Assembly (NCBI GenBank): GCA_963810935.1
Contig: CAWEPK010000007.1
Location: forward strand, 224,001-288,000
Source of the DNA: an uncultured delta proteobacterium
GTDB lineage: Bacteria; Desulfobacterota; Syntrophorhabdia; Syntrophorhabdales; WCHB1-27
Reading direction: 5' to 3'
DNA: 64,000 nt
Of the stretch, positions 9,252-18,906 are shown one piece after another. Made by a program: the position numbers and the translations under genes. Under the pieces are notes generated by a model, which made no database searches, was not told the origin of the DNA, and was given only the letters and a program-made list of their open reading frames with translations. Numbering within the stretch: position 1 is the first letter of the stretch; each line of letters starts with the position of its first letter.

Positions 9252-12200
9252 TTATAGCAATATATGTCCCGGAAGCCCGGTTTGCAGGGGCGCGATTTTT
9301 TCGGCCATGACGTTTATCACGCCGTCCTTGCGCTCAAGCGAGCCGTCAACGACGAGAAGCGGTTCCAGGCGGACGACCTGCCTGTATTTGTTGTAGACGT
9401 CGGGCCTTAGCACTACGTTGATCAGGCCGTCCGGGTCTTCGAGCGTTATGAAGGCGAAGCCCCTGGCCGTAGGCGGCATCTGAAGGCAGACGTTGTAGCC
9501 GCTCACCCTGACGGGCCTGCCTGCGCGCAGGCGTGCAAGGTCGCTGCTTTTTGCAACGCCCGCGCGGGATAGCCCCTCTTCGTATATGTCCAGGAGGTGG
9601 CCCGTCGCGGAAAAGCCCTGCACGCCGTAAGCGGCAAGCAGCTCATCTGTGCCGCTCATCTCGTCGAGTGGCGCAATTTCCGCGGCCCCGAAGTCGATCG
9701 CGTCCGCCGCGTGCGCGCCCTGGCCCATCGCGCCGAGTGCCCAGAGCAACTGCCTGCGCGAGCGTTCCAGGGCGTCGAAGGCGCCGACGACGATCAGACT
9801 CCGCAGAGCGCCTTTATCGAGGCGCGTGCGGACTGTGAAATCTTTGAAAGAGAGGAAAGGGCCGTCCTTGTCCCGTGCAGCCTCTACGGCGCGCGCTGCC
9901 TCCTCGCCCAGGTCCTTCACATAGCGGAAACCGAGTCGCACCTTTTTCTCCTTCGACTGCGCAGAGCGGCCCGCTCGCGTTCACGTCAACGGGGAGAATC
10001 GCGACATCGTGCCGCCTCGCGTTGCCCACGATCACCTCCGGCAGGTAGAACCCCATCGGCTGGTTGTTCAGAAGTGCGCAGTAGAATTCCGCCGGGTAGT
10101 AGAGCTTCAGGTAGGCGGAGCGGTAGCAGAGCAGCGCGAAGCTCATGGCGTGGCTCTTACAGAAGCCGAACTCGGCAAAGCCGCCGATCAGCTCGAATAT
10201 GGCGCAGCGCGGTCTGCCCGTCTATCCCTTTCTCCTTTCGCGCCTGCGACGAAGCGCTCCTGCCATCTTGCGAACTCGGCCCGCGCGTACTTCCGCCCCA
10301 TCGCCTTGCGCAGCCCGTTCGCCTCGGCTGCGGTGAAGCCCGCCGCGGCCATCGCCACTTGCAATATCTGCTCCTGAAAGAGTATGACGCCGAGGGTCTC
10401 CCGCAGCACGGGCTCCAGGAGCGGATGGATGTAGGATGGCGGCTCGCGGCCTGCGCGCCTGCGCATGTAAGGGTTGACCATGTGCCCCTGCAATGGGCCG
10501 GGGCGTATGATGGCGACTTCTATCCCTAAGTCTTCGAGGCTCTTAGGCTTCACCCTCGGCAGGCTCTGCATCTGGGCGCGGCTCTCGACCTGGAAGACGC
10601 CCACCGTATCGGCCCTGCCTATCATGTCGTAGACGCGCGGGTCGTCCTCGGGCAGGCGGTCGAAATCGGGCGCGGCAGCCGCACCGCGCGTATGCCTTAT
10701 CAGGCGGAGCGCCTCGTCGATGAGGGAGAGCATGCGCAGGCCGAGGAGGTCCATCTTGATCAACCCCGAGTCATCGACGCCGTCCTTGTCCCACTGGCAG
10801 ACTACGCGACCTTCCGCCCGCGCCCGCTCAAGGGGGACCATACGGGAGATCGGCTCACACGAGACGATCATCCCGCCGACGTGGATGGACAGGTGCCTCG
10901 GGAAATCGGCTATCTGCCCGGCGACGGCGGTGAAGCGGCCCCACGCTTCCGAGCCGAGGTACCGGGCGAACTCCGGTACGTTCCGCAGGTCGTCAATGGC
11001 GGAGGCGGGGCTGTAAGCGGAGACTGATTTCGCCATCCTGTCGAGCACGTGGGGCGGCAGGCCGAAGGCCTTGCCCACCTCGCGTATCGCGTTGCGCGCC
11101 CGGAACGTCACGTAGGTGCAGACCATCGCCGCGTGCTCTTCGCCGTACTTCCGGTAGACGTACTGGATCACTTCCTCGCGCCGCTGCGTGTCGATATCTA
11201 TGTCGATGTCCGGGACAGCGGACGACTCGTTCAGGAAGCGGCCGACGAAAAGGGCGTGCCTGATGGGATCGACGGGGGTGATGCCCAGCAGATAGGCGAC
11301 GAGCGAGCCTGCGGCCGAGCCGCGCCCCTGCGCGAGGATGGCGTGCGAACGGGCGAACTCTATGATGTCCCATACAATGAGGAAATAGCCGCACATGCCC
11401 TTGCGCTCGATGATGGCAAGCTCCTGGTCGAGCCTCGGCAGCGCATCGGGGGGAGGGGCTTCGCCGTAGCGCACCGGGATGCGCTCTATGCAGAGCCGCC
11501 GCAGGAGGGCAGATTCGGTCTCTCCCGGCGGACACGCGAACACAGGCAGCGAGTAGGACGAGAAATCGAGGTCGAACGCGCAGGCGTCCGCGACCGCGAG
11601 TGTCCGCCGTATCGCGTCCTCCGGCATGCCCGAAAGGCGGCGCATTTCGTCATATCCTTTCAGGTAGTATTCCGAGTTGGGGCGGCGGAAAGGAGCGGAG
11701 TCATCGAGGCTCACCCTGTTTTTGATGCAGGCGAGCACGTCTGCGAGCCTGTGGCCTGGCCGGGCGGCGTAGTGGACGTTGTTCGTGGCAACAGCGGGGA
11801 TGCCTGTTGCGCGGGCGAGGTCACAAAGCTTGCGGCAGAAGCGCGCGTCGCCGGGGTTGAGGTGGTGCTGAAGCTCGATGAAAAAATTGCCGGGGCCGAA
11901 AAGGGAAAGCAGGCGGCGGGCGGCTGCCTGCGCGTCGTCGTACCTGTGCGCGGCAACAAGGGAGGGGACTTCACCTTTCGCGCAGCCGGAAAGGCAGATA
12001 AGTCCGTCCGTCCGGCCCGCGAGAAGGGCAGGGTCGAGGCGCGGCAAGCCTTTGACACCGGAGAGCTGGGATTTTGTAATCAGGCCGCTCAAATTCGCAT
12101 AGCCGACAGCATTGCGGACAAGCAGGGTAAGGTGGGCGCCGCCGCAAAGAGTCAACTCCGCGCCGACAATAGGCTTGACGCCGGCGGCGCCGGCGGCGCG

Positions 12201-12350
12201 GCAAAAGCGCGGGACGGCGTAGAGGCCGTCGTGGTCGGTGAGGGCGAGGGCGGAAAGGCGCATCTGAGATGCGGCCTCAACGAGGGCTTCCGGGAAGGAT
12301 GCTCCGTCGAGGAGGGAAAAGTTGGAATGGGCATGAAGCTCGGCGTACAT
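9252..12350 (-). CDS. dnaE2: Error-prone DNA polymerase III alpha (DnaE2), apparent frameshifts near 9945 and 10200-10240
   Basis: YAELHAHSNFSLLDGAS PHP domain, GRGSAA, PDIDID, LIKMDLLGL, GVFQVESRAQ, GFCKSHA, LLNNQPMGFY, OB-fold FITLED. Confidence 0.9.
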
Positions 12351-12443
12351 TTTCTATCGGAGCTTGACCTGTACAGACATTAGATGTACATAAGAAAGGC
12401 AGCCAGAGATTACAAACAAGAGCAGGAGCAGAAGGAGTAAACC

Positions 12444-12550
12444 ATGAAGTGCGACAAAGAAGAGAAATCTATTCTCGACGCATACAGCAAGGGTAAGCTG
12501 ACTCTATCCATCCCTTCAAAGAAGAAGCTTGATACAATCAAGGCCGCTGT
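12444..12550 (+). pseudogene. Truncated antitoxin-like ORF, preceded by a tiny toxin-like C-terminal remnant
   Basis: MKCDKEEKSILDAYSKG resembles N-termini of CopG/BrnA-like antitoxins; similarity stops at a hairpin-repeat half copy; upstream RKAARDY...* and TTGACC-17-TACATA. Confidence 0.4.
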
Positions 12551-12604
12551 GGCAAGTGGCGAGAACCAAATGAAGGGCAAGTCAAGTTGGTCAATTACAT
12601 CCCC
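12551..12604 (+). repeat. 80-bp hairpin repeat, partial copy 0
   Basis: ggcaagtggcgagaaccaaatgaagggcaagtcaagttggtcaattacatcccc matches the 3' two-thirds of copies 1-3. Confidence 0.85.
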
Positions 12605-12614
12605 TATCGTCCGG

Positions 12615-13013
12615 TCATGCCCAGTTCTCGATCGTGAGCCCCGGGATTCTTTTGAATTCCTTCAGATTGTTGGTCACGAGAATCGCGTCAAGGCTCCGGG
12701 CGTGAGAGGCGATCATCAGATCCATCGCCCCTATGGGCAGTCCCGCCTTCTCCAGATGAGTTCTTATCTCTCCGTAGTGGACCGCCGCAATGTCGTCAAA
12801 AGGAGCTATCTCGAAAGGAGCAAGAAAGCCCATTAGTGCTTCTTCGTTGCGCTCCGGACTGCCGCTCTTGACGACGCCATACCTCAATTCGGCGAGAGTT
12901 ACCGACGATATGCCGACATCGAAGGGCTTCAACGCCCTGAGCCGTTTGGCTACGGCAGGGGGGTTCTTCTTGATGACGTATATGCAGATGTTCGTATCGA
13001 GCATGAAGCGCAT
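12615..13013 (-). CDS. vapC: VapC PIN toxin
   Basis: MLDTNICIY, ELRYG, IGAMDLMIASHA, LVTNNLKEF. Confidence 0.93.
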   Translation of the reverse strand: MRFMLDTNICIYVIKKNPPAVAKRLRALKPFDVGISSVTLAELRYGVVKSGSPERNEEALMGFLAPFEIAPFDDIAAVHYGEIRTHLEKAGLPIGAMDLMIASHARSLDAILVTNNLKEFKRIPGLTIENWA

Positions 13014-13237
13014 CAGAAGTCCCTTTGTTCCACGGCCGGCTGCTTTCTTTCGGTCATGAAATCGTCGGAGAAGCGGCCGAGACTTTCGAAGAACGGCTTC
13101 CACGGGTCTTCCTTCGGAAAGAGGATTACGGTGCCTCCAACCTTGTTCACGTAAACCTCATCCCCCTCGAAACGATACTCCTTCGGCAGTCTTATTGCCT
13201 GGCTCTTGCCGTTCTTGAATATCTTCGCAGTATGCAT
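13013..13237 (-). CDS. vapB: VapB antitoxin (AbrB/MazE type)
   Basis: TAKIFKNGKSQAIRLPKEYRF; TGATG coupling to vapC. Confidence 0.93.
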   Translation of the reverse strand: MHTAKIFKNGKSQAIRLPKEYRFEGDEVYVNKVGGTVILFPKEDPWKPFFESLGRFSDDFMTERKQPAVEQRDF

Positions 13238-13320
13238 GTCCGAGCCTCCTTCTTAGTCTATACTTATGAGTATATACCTTGTGGTGAAGAAGTGCAACTA
13301 TATGTGGGGGGACTATGTGG

Positions 13321-13400
13321 GGGGACGTAGTTGACTAAGTTGACAAGGCAAATGGCGAGAACCAAATGAGGGGCAAGTCAAGTTAGTCAACTGCGTCACC
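13321..13400 (+). repeat. 80-bp hairpin repeat copy 1
   Basis: GGGGACGTAGTTGACTAAGTTGAC...GTCAAGTTAGTCAACTGCGTCACC, ~24-bp terminal inverted repeats. Confidence 0.9.
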
Positions 13401-14393
13401 TAATCGGTTCAGGCTTTTTCGGCGACCGAGGTTATTTACTTATTTACGGTCGTCCCCTTGGGCTTCCTACGCCGTGTGCGCGGTTGTGGACTATGGATAG
13501 CTGCGTCCTTTAGCTGGCCCGGCGGTCGAGTATTTCTTCCTGAAGGGCTATATTTCGCTCGACTGGGCCGAGGGCAAGTGTTACAATCCGTAATGATTGC
13601 TCTAACCAGGAGATATGAGCTTTCCGAGAAAGGGCAAGGGCCGGCTTCATTCATTGAGTCAACAAACGAAACAACCTTGCCACCGACTCCCTAAGCGGCC
13701 CCAACAAAAAAAGAGACTATGTCGATATGACCATGCTTATCACTGAAATCCATTGTATAAATAGCCTATTATCTAATGGCTTTATCGTATTCGCCGCAGA
13801 CCGGCGTATTTCGCGAAGCGGTAATTACGAGGGTAGTCGAAAAAAAATATTCCCTATTCCATATCTTAGGGCCGGGATTGGTTTCTTCGGCCTGGCTGAG
13901 GTGTTTATTACACCCACAACGTCCTTGCCTATGAGCGATTGGCTGTCGAGCTTTATACGAAATAATTCAAGTCTTGGGACTCTGTCACTTTTTGCGAATA
14001 AATTGGCGGAGCAGTTAAACACAGCTATTCCCGCGCAGTCACGACAGAAATATATATCGGGGTTTCACATTGCCGGTTATACTGCTGGTGGAATGCCAGA
14101 ATTCTGGTTCGTCCGCAATGTGGAGGATGATCGCAAAAGTATCACAGGAGTGTACGCGGCAAGGGAGGATTTTCTTAGCAGAGATGCACGGGTCATGGGC
14201 TATGATGGAGTGAATGCGAGTTCGATTAGAACGTCATTTAGACAGACATACCGAAATGGTGATATTCGAGCGCATGTCACGGTGTGGGAGAAGATTGATG
14301 AGGGGTTTTCAGCTCTCGCTAGAGCAGCCGGAATTCAAGAAACTCAGGACGATTTCTGACTATGAGGAGTACGTCAAATTCAAAATGGAAATA

Positions 14394-15042
14394 ATTTCAT
14401 TCTGGTAAACCCCCGGCTCTGCCGGGGGAATCCCGGAGTTTGACAATTCCGGGAATATATAGGAAAGCCTCCTGTATCCGTGAACCGTTTAGGCGGTCGG
14501 CAGAGTTAAGGAGGCTTTCGGTGGAAGATATTCAGAGCTTATGTCATACGGTATGGGATTGCAAGTATCATGTGGTGTGGATTCCGAAGTACCGGAAAAA
14601 GGTACTATACGGGAATCTCAGGAAGGAGCTAGGGCCCATCATCAAGGAGCTGGCGCGGCAGAAGGAGAGCGAGGTGTTGGAGGGGAAACTGGTAGTGGAC
14701 CACGTCCACGTGTTGCTCTCGGTTCCCCCAAAGTATGCCGTTGCCCAGGTGGTAGGCTTTATCAAAGGGAAGAGCGCGATCTACATAGCCCGGATGAGCG
14801 GCAGGAGACGCAACTTCGTAGGTCAGAGCTTTTGGGCCAGAGGTTATTGCGTATCGACCATAGGGTTGGACGAGCAAGCCATACGAGCGTACATCCAAGC
14901 CCAGGAAGAGACAGATCGAAGGCTCGACCAGATGAAACTGTTTGAGAAGGACAAATAGCTGCCTTTAGGCAGCTAACGCACAACTAACCGCTTTGAGCGG
15001 TTCACGGTTTTAACAAACCCCCGGCTTTGCCGGGGGTAGATG
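14394..15042 (+). mobile_element. IS200/IS605-family element (tnpA only)
   Basis: Subterminal hairpins aaacccccggctctgccggggg (~14407) and aaacccccggctttgccggggg (~15015) flank a Y1 transposase; exact ends uncertain by a few bp. Confidence 0.88.
14521..14958 (+). CDS. tnpA: IS200 Y1 HUH transposase
   Basis: CKYHVVWIPKYRKK, DHVHVLL (HUH), FWARGY, IRAYIQAQ. Confidence 0.93.
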   Translation: MEDIQSLCHTVWDCKYHVVWIPKYRKKVLYGNLRKELGPIIKELARQKESEVLEGKLVVDHVHVLLSVPPKYAVAQVVGFIKGKSAIYIARMSGRRRNFVGQSFWARGYCVSTIGLDEQAIRAYIQAQEETDRRLDQMKLFEKDK

Positions 15043-15165
15043 ATTGCGTACTTCTATAAGAGGTATTGTCGAACATCAATTATTGCGAGGCCGATTGACG
15101 CGTTTTCAATCAGTGGGAACACGGGGTAGTGCGATGCCACTTAATAAGTGAGTACCTGTGACGTG

Positions 15166-15245
15166 GGGGACGTGGTTGACTAAGTTGACAAGGCAAATGG
15201 CGAGAACAAAATGAGGGGCAAGTCAAGTTAGTCAACTACGTCTCC
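15166..15245 (+). repeat. 80-bp hairpin repeat copy 2
   Basis: Same sequence and orientation as copy 1 with a few substitutions. Confidence 0.9.
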
Positions 15246-15271
15246 TATCGGTGTAGAAGGAGGTCGCAGAG

Positions 15272-15484
15272 ATGATGAGATGTAATATGACCGACCGGTG
15301 CAATGGCAAGTTTGATTTCACTCAGGGACGAGGAAGGAAAAGAGACTACCGTGATTGTCCTCATCACGGCAACCATACGCCAACAACGGGGGCCTACAAT
15401 GGTAGGGTCGGAAACTGCATGGGAGCCAATCAATGTCCAAATAGAACGCAGGACGCATGGTGCGAGTATGTAAAAGAGGATTAA
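15272..15484 (+). CDS. Small Cys/His-rich hypothetical protein (70 aa)
   Basis: AAGGAGG RBS; 6 Cys; fills the space between repeat copies 2 and 3. Confidence 0.6.
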   Translation: MMRCNMTDRCNGKFDFTQGRGRKRDYRDCPHHGNHTPTTGAYNGRVGNCMGANQCPNRTQDAWCEYVKED

Positions 15485-15506
15485 TATCGCGGCCAAGACG
15501 GACATG

Positions 15507-15586
15507 GGGGACGTAGTTGACTAAATTGACAAGGCAAATGGCGAGAACCAAATGAGGGGCAAGTCAACTCAGTCAACTACGTCCCC
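15507..15586 (+). repeat. 80-bp hairpin repeat copy 3
   Basis: ggggacgtagttgactaaattgac...gtcaactcagtcaactacgtcccc. Confidence 0.9.
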
Positions 15587-15694
15587 TATCGGTGTATCGG
15601 TGTCCTGGCCGACGCAGAGTGGGCTATGTGAGTCACACAACAAACGGATGGAGCCGACTACTTATCGTCCGGTTCAGCCACGCGTGAAAGCTAT

Positions 15695-16567
15695 ATGAAG
15701 AAAAAGAACTATAAGATAGGGCTTGTTGTCGGCCTCTTTCCCGAACAGTATAGGATTGCTGATCCGCGACTGAACAAGCCCGTTTGCCACCAGCAAATAG
15801 AAGAAGGGAAAGTTACAGGCTCAATGCTGCTGCAGGACCTTGAGATAGCAACAATCGACGGAGGCAAAGAGGTTACCTATTTTTGCCCCAACAATGTAGC
15901 CGTATTGTTGTCTGTGAGTTCCAAGGCCCTTGGCAAGGCAAAAGAGTTGTACAAGAAGTTCTTTCGCGCGCCGGATATGGAGTTTCGGATAGAAAAGATT
16001 GAAGGGGACAAGAAGGCTTTTCTAAATCAGGTATCCAGCGAGGTATGCGATTATATCGAGTACGTACAGACGTCCGTTGTGTTTGCTTACACGGCCTTGG
16101 AGACATTTACAAATCTCAGCATTCCTGAAGGATACCTGTATCAGACTGAAAACAAATCGAAAGGCGTAAAAGAAACTTATGACAAAAATGCCATAGAGCG
16201 CTGGCTAAGTCTGAAGGTCAAGGTCCAGCATATCCTAACGGAAATCTATGCAACTGAGAAGGCGGAACATAGGGAATGGTGGGGACACCTTTCTAATTTG
16301 GAACGGTACCGCAATGACATTATCCATCAAAAGACGATTACCAGCACCAGCTTCTATAAAGAGTATTTCAAGGCCACTGTTTTCCCAGCCTGTGAATGCC
16401 CACTGGCAATAATGAAATTCTTCTATGAAGCACACGCACACAACAACAGAACAAACCCGATATGGCCTTGGCTTGTTAACGAGAAGAACTATTTTCCTGT
16501 AAACACTCAATATGATTCGCAGGGTTTTGAAGTAATAGGGAATGCGTATGAAGGAATAAAGGAATGA
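15695..16567 (+). CDS. Hypothetical protein with HEPN-like RxxxxH motif
   Basis: AT-rich 290-aa ORF; AYTALE and RNDIIH. Confidence 0.65.
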   Translation: MKKKNYKIGLVVGLFPEQYRIADPRLNKPVCHQQIEEGKVTGSMLLQDLEIATIDGGKEVTYFCPNNVAVLLSVSSKALGKAKELYKKFFRAPDMEFRIEKIEGDKKAFLNQVSSEVCDYIEYVQTSVVFAYTALETFTNLSIPEGYLYQTENKSKGVKETYDKNAIERWLSLKVKVQHILTEIYATEKAEHREWWGHLSNLERYRNDIIHQKTITSTSFYKEYFKATVFPACECPLAIMKFFYEAHAHNNRTNPIWPWLVNEKNYFPVNTQYDSQGFEVIGNAYEGIKE

Positions 16568-16678
16568 TCTCTAACCGTGCTATGCAGAGAACCGCGCACC
16601 GCTCCCGATGATGGGCCTGATGGCCCAGTGGTTGATATAGGCGACAAGCCATGTAGCCAGCGCATATATGCTACTATA

Positions 16679-16930
16679 TTACATGCTATCCTGCCGGAAC
16701 CACCCGTCGCTGATTAGGTCGCGGAATAGGGTGATGCGCTTCCGGTTTTCCAGCTCGACCAGGAAATAGAGCCGCGAGACTTCGTCTCGCCACCATTCTT
16801 CGTCGATGCGCCATGCATCTACGATACTTGCCACCCGCAGCCGCCTCTTTTTATAGGCTACCGCCAGTGGCCTCCCTTCGCCGTCTATCACGTCAATACC
16901 TTCCGGCTCGTATGGGCCCGGCCTGGACAT
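16679..16930 (-). CDS. DUF6504-like small protein (resembles the ImuB C-terminal module)
   Basis: WRIDEEWWR...RLYFLVE...LFRD...GWF motif typical of imuB-dnaE2 cassettes. Confidence 0.75.
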   Translation of the reverse strand: MSRPGPYEPEGIDVIDGEGRPLAVAYKKRRLRVASIVDAWRIDEEWWRDEVSRLYFLVELENRKRITLFRDLISDGWFRQDSM

Positions 16931-17023
16931 TACTAACCTGTTCTTACCGCGTTACTTATGGGACGTTTCAATATCCCGGCTTGCCTGCATTACGGCTTTG
17001 CTCTCGCTGCGTCCGCCTCACGA

Positions 17024-17128
17024 CACCCCTCCTCCCCCCCCAAAGGGAGAGGGAAAAGGGTAGCCTGCATCGCTTTTGCAGTATCCCAACTATCAACCTA
17101 GGACAACCCGCTCTTACCGCCGCCCAAT
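17024..17128 (+). repeat. Dispersed repeat related to 44203-44335 and (inverted) 43145-43233
   Basis: acccctc...gggagaggg...gcatcgcttttgcagtatccc...acaacccgctcttaccgccgcccaa. Confidence 0.7.
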
Positions 17129-17388
17129 GGATGCGCAGCATCGCTGCTTCCGTTAGCGGCGGTTGCGGTTGGAGGAACGCCTCAAGGGGTCGTGATATGT
17201 GGATGCAATGTGAGACGTGGCGGCCGGAGATCGTACATAGGTACATCGGAGGCCCCAAGTCGAGCAGGGCGCCGCATAGCGCGGCCCCGCAGCAGGCGCG
17301 AGTCCAGCCGCCCGCAGTGCTCCGCCGTTGCTTTTTTGCCTCTTGTTTTTGTCACATCTATCCGCGTTGGTTTTGCCACCACCACCCG

Positions 17389-18573
17389 CTACGCATCCAC
17401 AAACCTCAACTGTCTCTCCGGCAGGCGCGAGTATGTGTCCCCTTCCTCCACCTTCAAAAGCGGCATATGCCCGTACCGTGCATTGAAATAGGACCGCACG
17501 CCGTCCAGGCGCTCAAGGAACGCCGAGCGCTTGCGGAACAGGCTCTCCTGCTCGCCGTCCGCGAAGACCGGCTCCGGTATCGCTAGCCGCAGCGCTACTA
17601 CCGGCCCGTCCAGGGTTAGGCTCTCTACGAAGTCCGACAGCCGCGCAAGCACCTCGTGGGCCTGTCCCGCCGGCTTCTTCATCACGATGGCCTTCTTGAG
17701 CGCACCCCCGCCCTGGAGGCGGAAAGACGCCTCGATCTTCCTGCACGCCATGCGCATGCGGCCAAGCTCTTCGGCAAGCTCCGACAACAGGCCCTCCATA
17801 ACTGCGCGCACCTGCCCCGACGTCTCTAAGGGCGCGTCGCACGTAAACTCCCTTTCAAGGCAGATAGGGTTGCGGCGCCGTACGATGGGTCTTCTCTCGT
17901 CCATGCCGTGCGCGGTCTCGAAAATGGCGGACCCCTTCGGGCCGAATTGCGCAGTGAGCGCCTTGCGCGACAGGGCGGCGACTTTTTTCAGCGTTGACAG
18001 GCCCAGCATCTGCAAATGCTCTTTTTCCGCCTCGTCGAGGGGGAGGGCATCGGCGGGCAGGAGCGAAAGAAACTCGATCTCTCCGCCCGGCTCGATGACG
18101 AGGCTGTCCCAGGCGCAGGATGCGGCCTGCCGCGCGATAAAGCGCGAGTTGCCGACGCCCGTCCTCGCACGCAAACGCGCGAGAGCGAGCATGTCGCGGC
18201 AGACGGCGGCGGCAGCGGCCTTCTCTCCGCCGTGGACGTGCGACGCCCTGGTGATGTCCAGGTAGGCCGTCCCGCATCCTTCCGGCTCGATCCTCAAAGA
18301 GAAGGCGCCGAGGGCGAATAAAACGTCCGCCCATACGGATTGGCACTTGCCGCTGTCGGGGAGGAAGAGGGCGTCGGGGCAGCGCAGGGAGGCGTCCCGC
18401 ATCGACATGCCGGCAAGCACGCCGGCCTGCGCTGCCTCTTCCGAGCAGTCGAGGGCGCGCCCGCCGCCATCCGCCGCATCGTATATGACGACAGGGCGGT
18501 CAGGGGGAAGGGGGCGGGACAAGCCCTCGACCTGGACATAGAAATGAGGAAAATGAACGCAGATAATTCGCAT
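17389..18573 (-). CDS. imuB: ImuB-type Y-family polymerase homolog (probably catalytically inactive)
   Basis: MRIICVHFPHFYVQ, CSEEAAQAGVLAGM, AYLD, GVGNSRFIA, RLPERQ; the DinB catalytic Asp/SIDE motifs are replaced. Confidence 0.85.
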   Translation of the reverse strand: MRIICVHFPHFYVQVEGLSRPLPPDRPVVIYDAADGGGRALDCSEEAAQAGVLAGMSMRDASLRCPDALFLPDSGKCQSVWADVLFALGAFSLRIEPEGCGTAYLDITRASHVHGGEKAAAAAVCRDMLALARLRARTGVGNSRFIARQAASCAWDSLVIEPGGEIEFLSLLPADALPLDEAEKEHLQMLGLSTLKKVAALSRKALTAQFGPKGSAIFETAHGMDERRPIVRRRNPICLEREFTCDAPLETSGQVRAVMEGLLSELAEELGRMRMACRKIEASFRLQGGGALKKAIVMKKPAGQAHEVLARLSDFVESLTLDGPVVALRLAIPEPVFADGEQESLFRKRSAFLERLDGVRSYFNARYGHMPLLKVEEGDTYSRLPERQLRFVDA

Positions 18574-18576
18574 GGC

Positions 18577-18612
18577 TTGATTAATATAGTACATGCGTAC
18601 TATATTAATCAA
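18577..18612. promoter_or_regulatory. Perfect palindrome, candidate LexA operator upstream of imuB
   Basis: TTGATTAATATAGTAC-ATGC-GTACTATATTAATCAA (16-bp arms, GTAC-N4-GTAC core). Confidence 0.65.
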
Positions 18613-18906
18613 GTGTTATTTGGGACGCGGCCGGCGGACCGGGATCTTTCCGCGCCTTTCGCGTCGTTTTCTCGGGCGCGAGTCCTCACTTGCCACCCGC
18701 GCCTGGCAAGCCCTGAGCGCGGGTACCCGGCTACCATTTTATACGCTCCGGCTCGCTTCGTCGAAAAACAACGCGAAATCCATCGGAAATCTCCCGATCC
18801 GCCAGCCGCGTCTTGTGATTTTTCCGGCTTATCGCTTGCCCATCCCTGTGTTCTTTTGTTGATTTGTATTGATATCCCTTACGCGTCATGATACATTTGT
18901 ATTACT

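Larger units (their letters stand above)
13727..15129 (+). pseudogene. Ntn-hydrolase/proteasome-beta-like gene interrupted by IS200 (plus an apparent frameshift near 14305)
   Basis: Met-Thr start, IVFAADRR, KKIF, GIGFFGLA, FHIAGY; frame KFKMEI resumes after the IS as IAYFYKRY...GNTG*. Confidence 0.6.

Noticed and set aside
13430..13700. ORF fragments after repeat copy 1
   Set aside because: No start/RBS or recognisable motif; possibly a decayed cassette
14394..15042. IS200/605 element as a TnpB/IscB RNA-guided system
   Set aside because: Only tnpA lies between the terminal hairpins; there is no room for tnpB
12551..15586. 80-bp repeats as a CRISPR array
   Set aside because: Repeats are too long, spacing is irregular (260-1800 bp) and contains genes, and there are no cas genes
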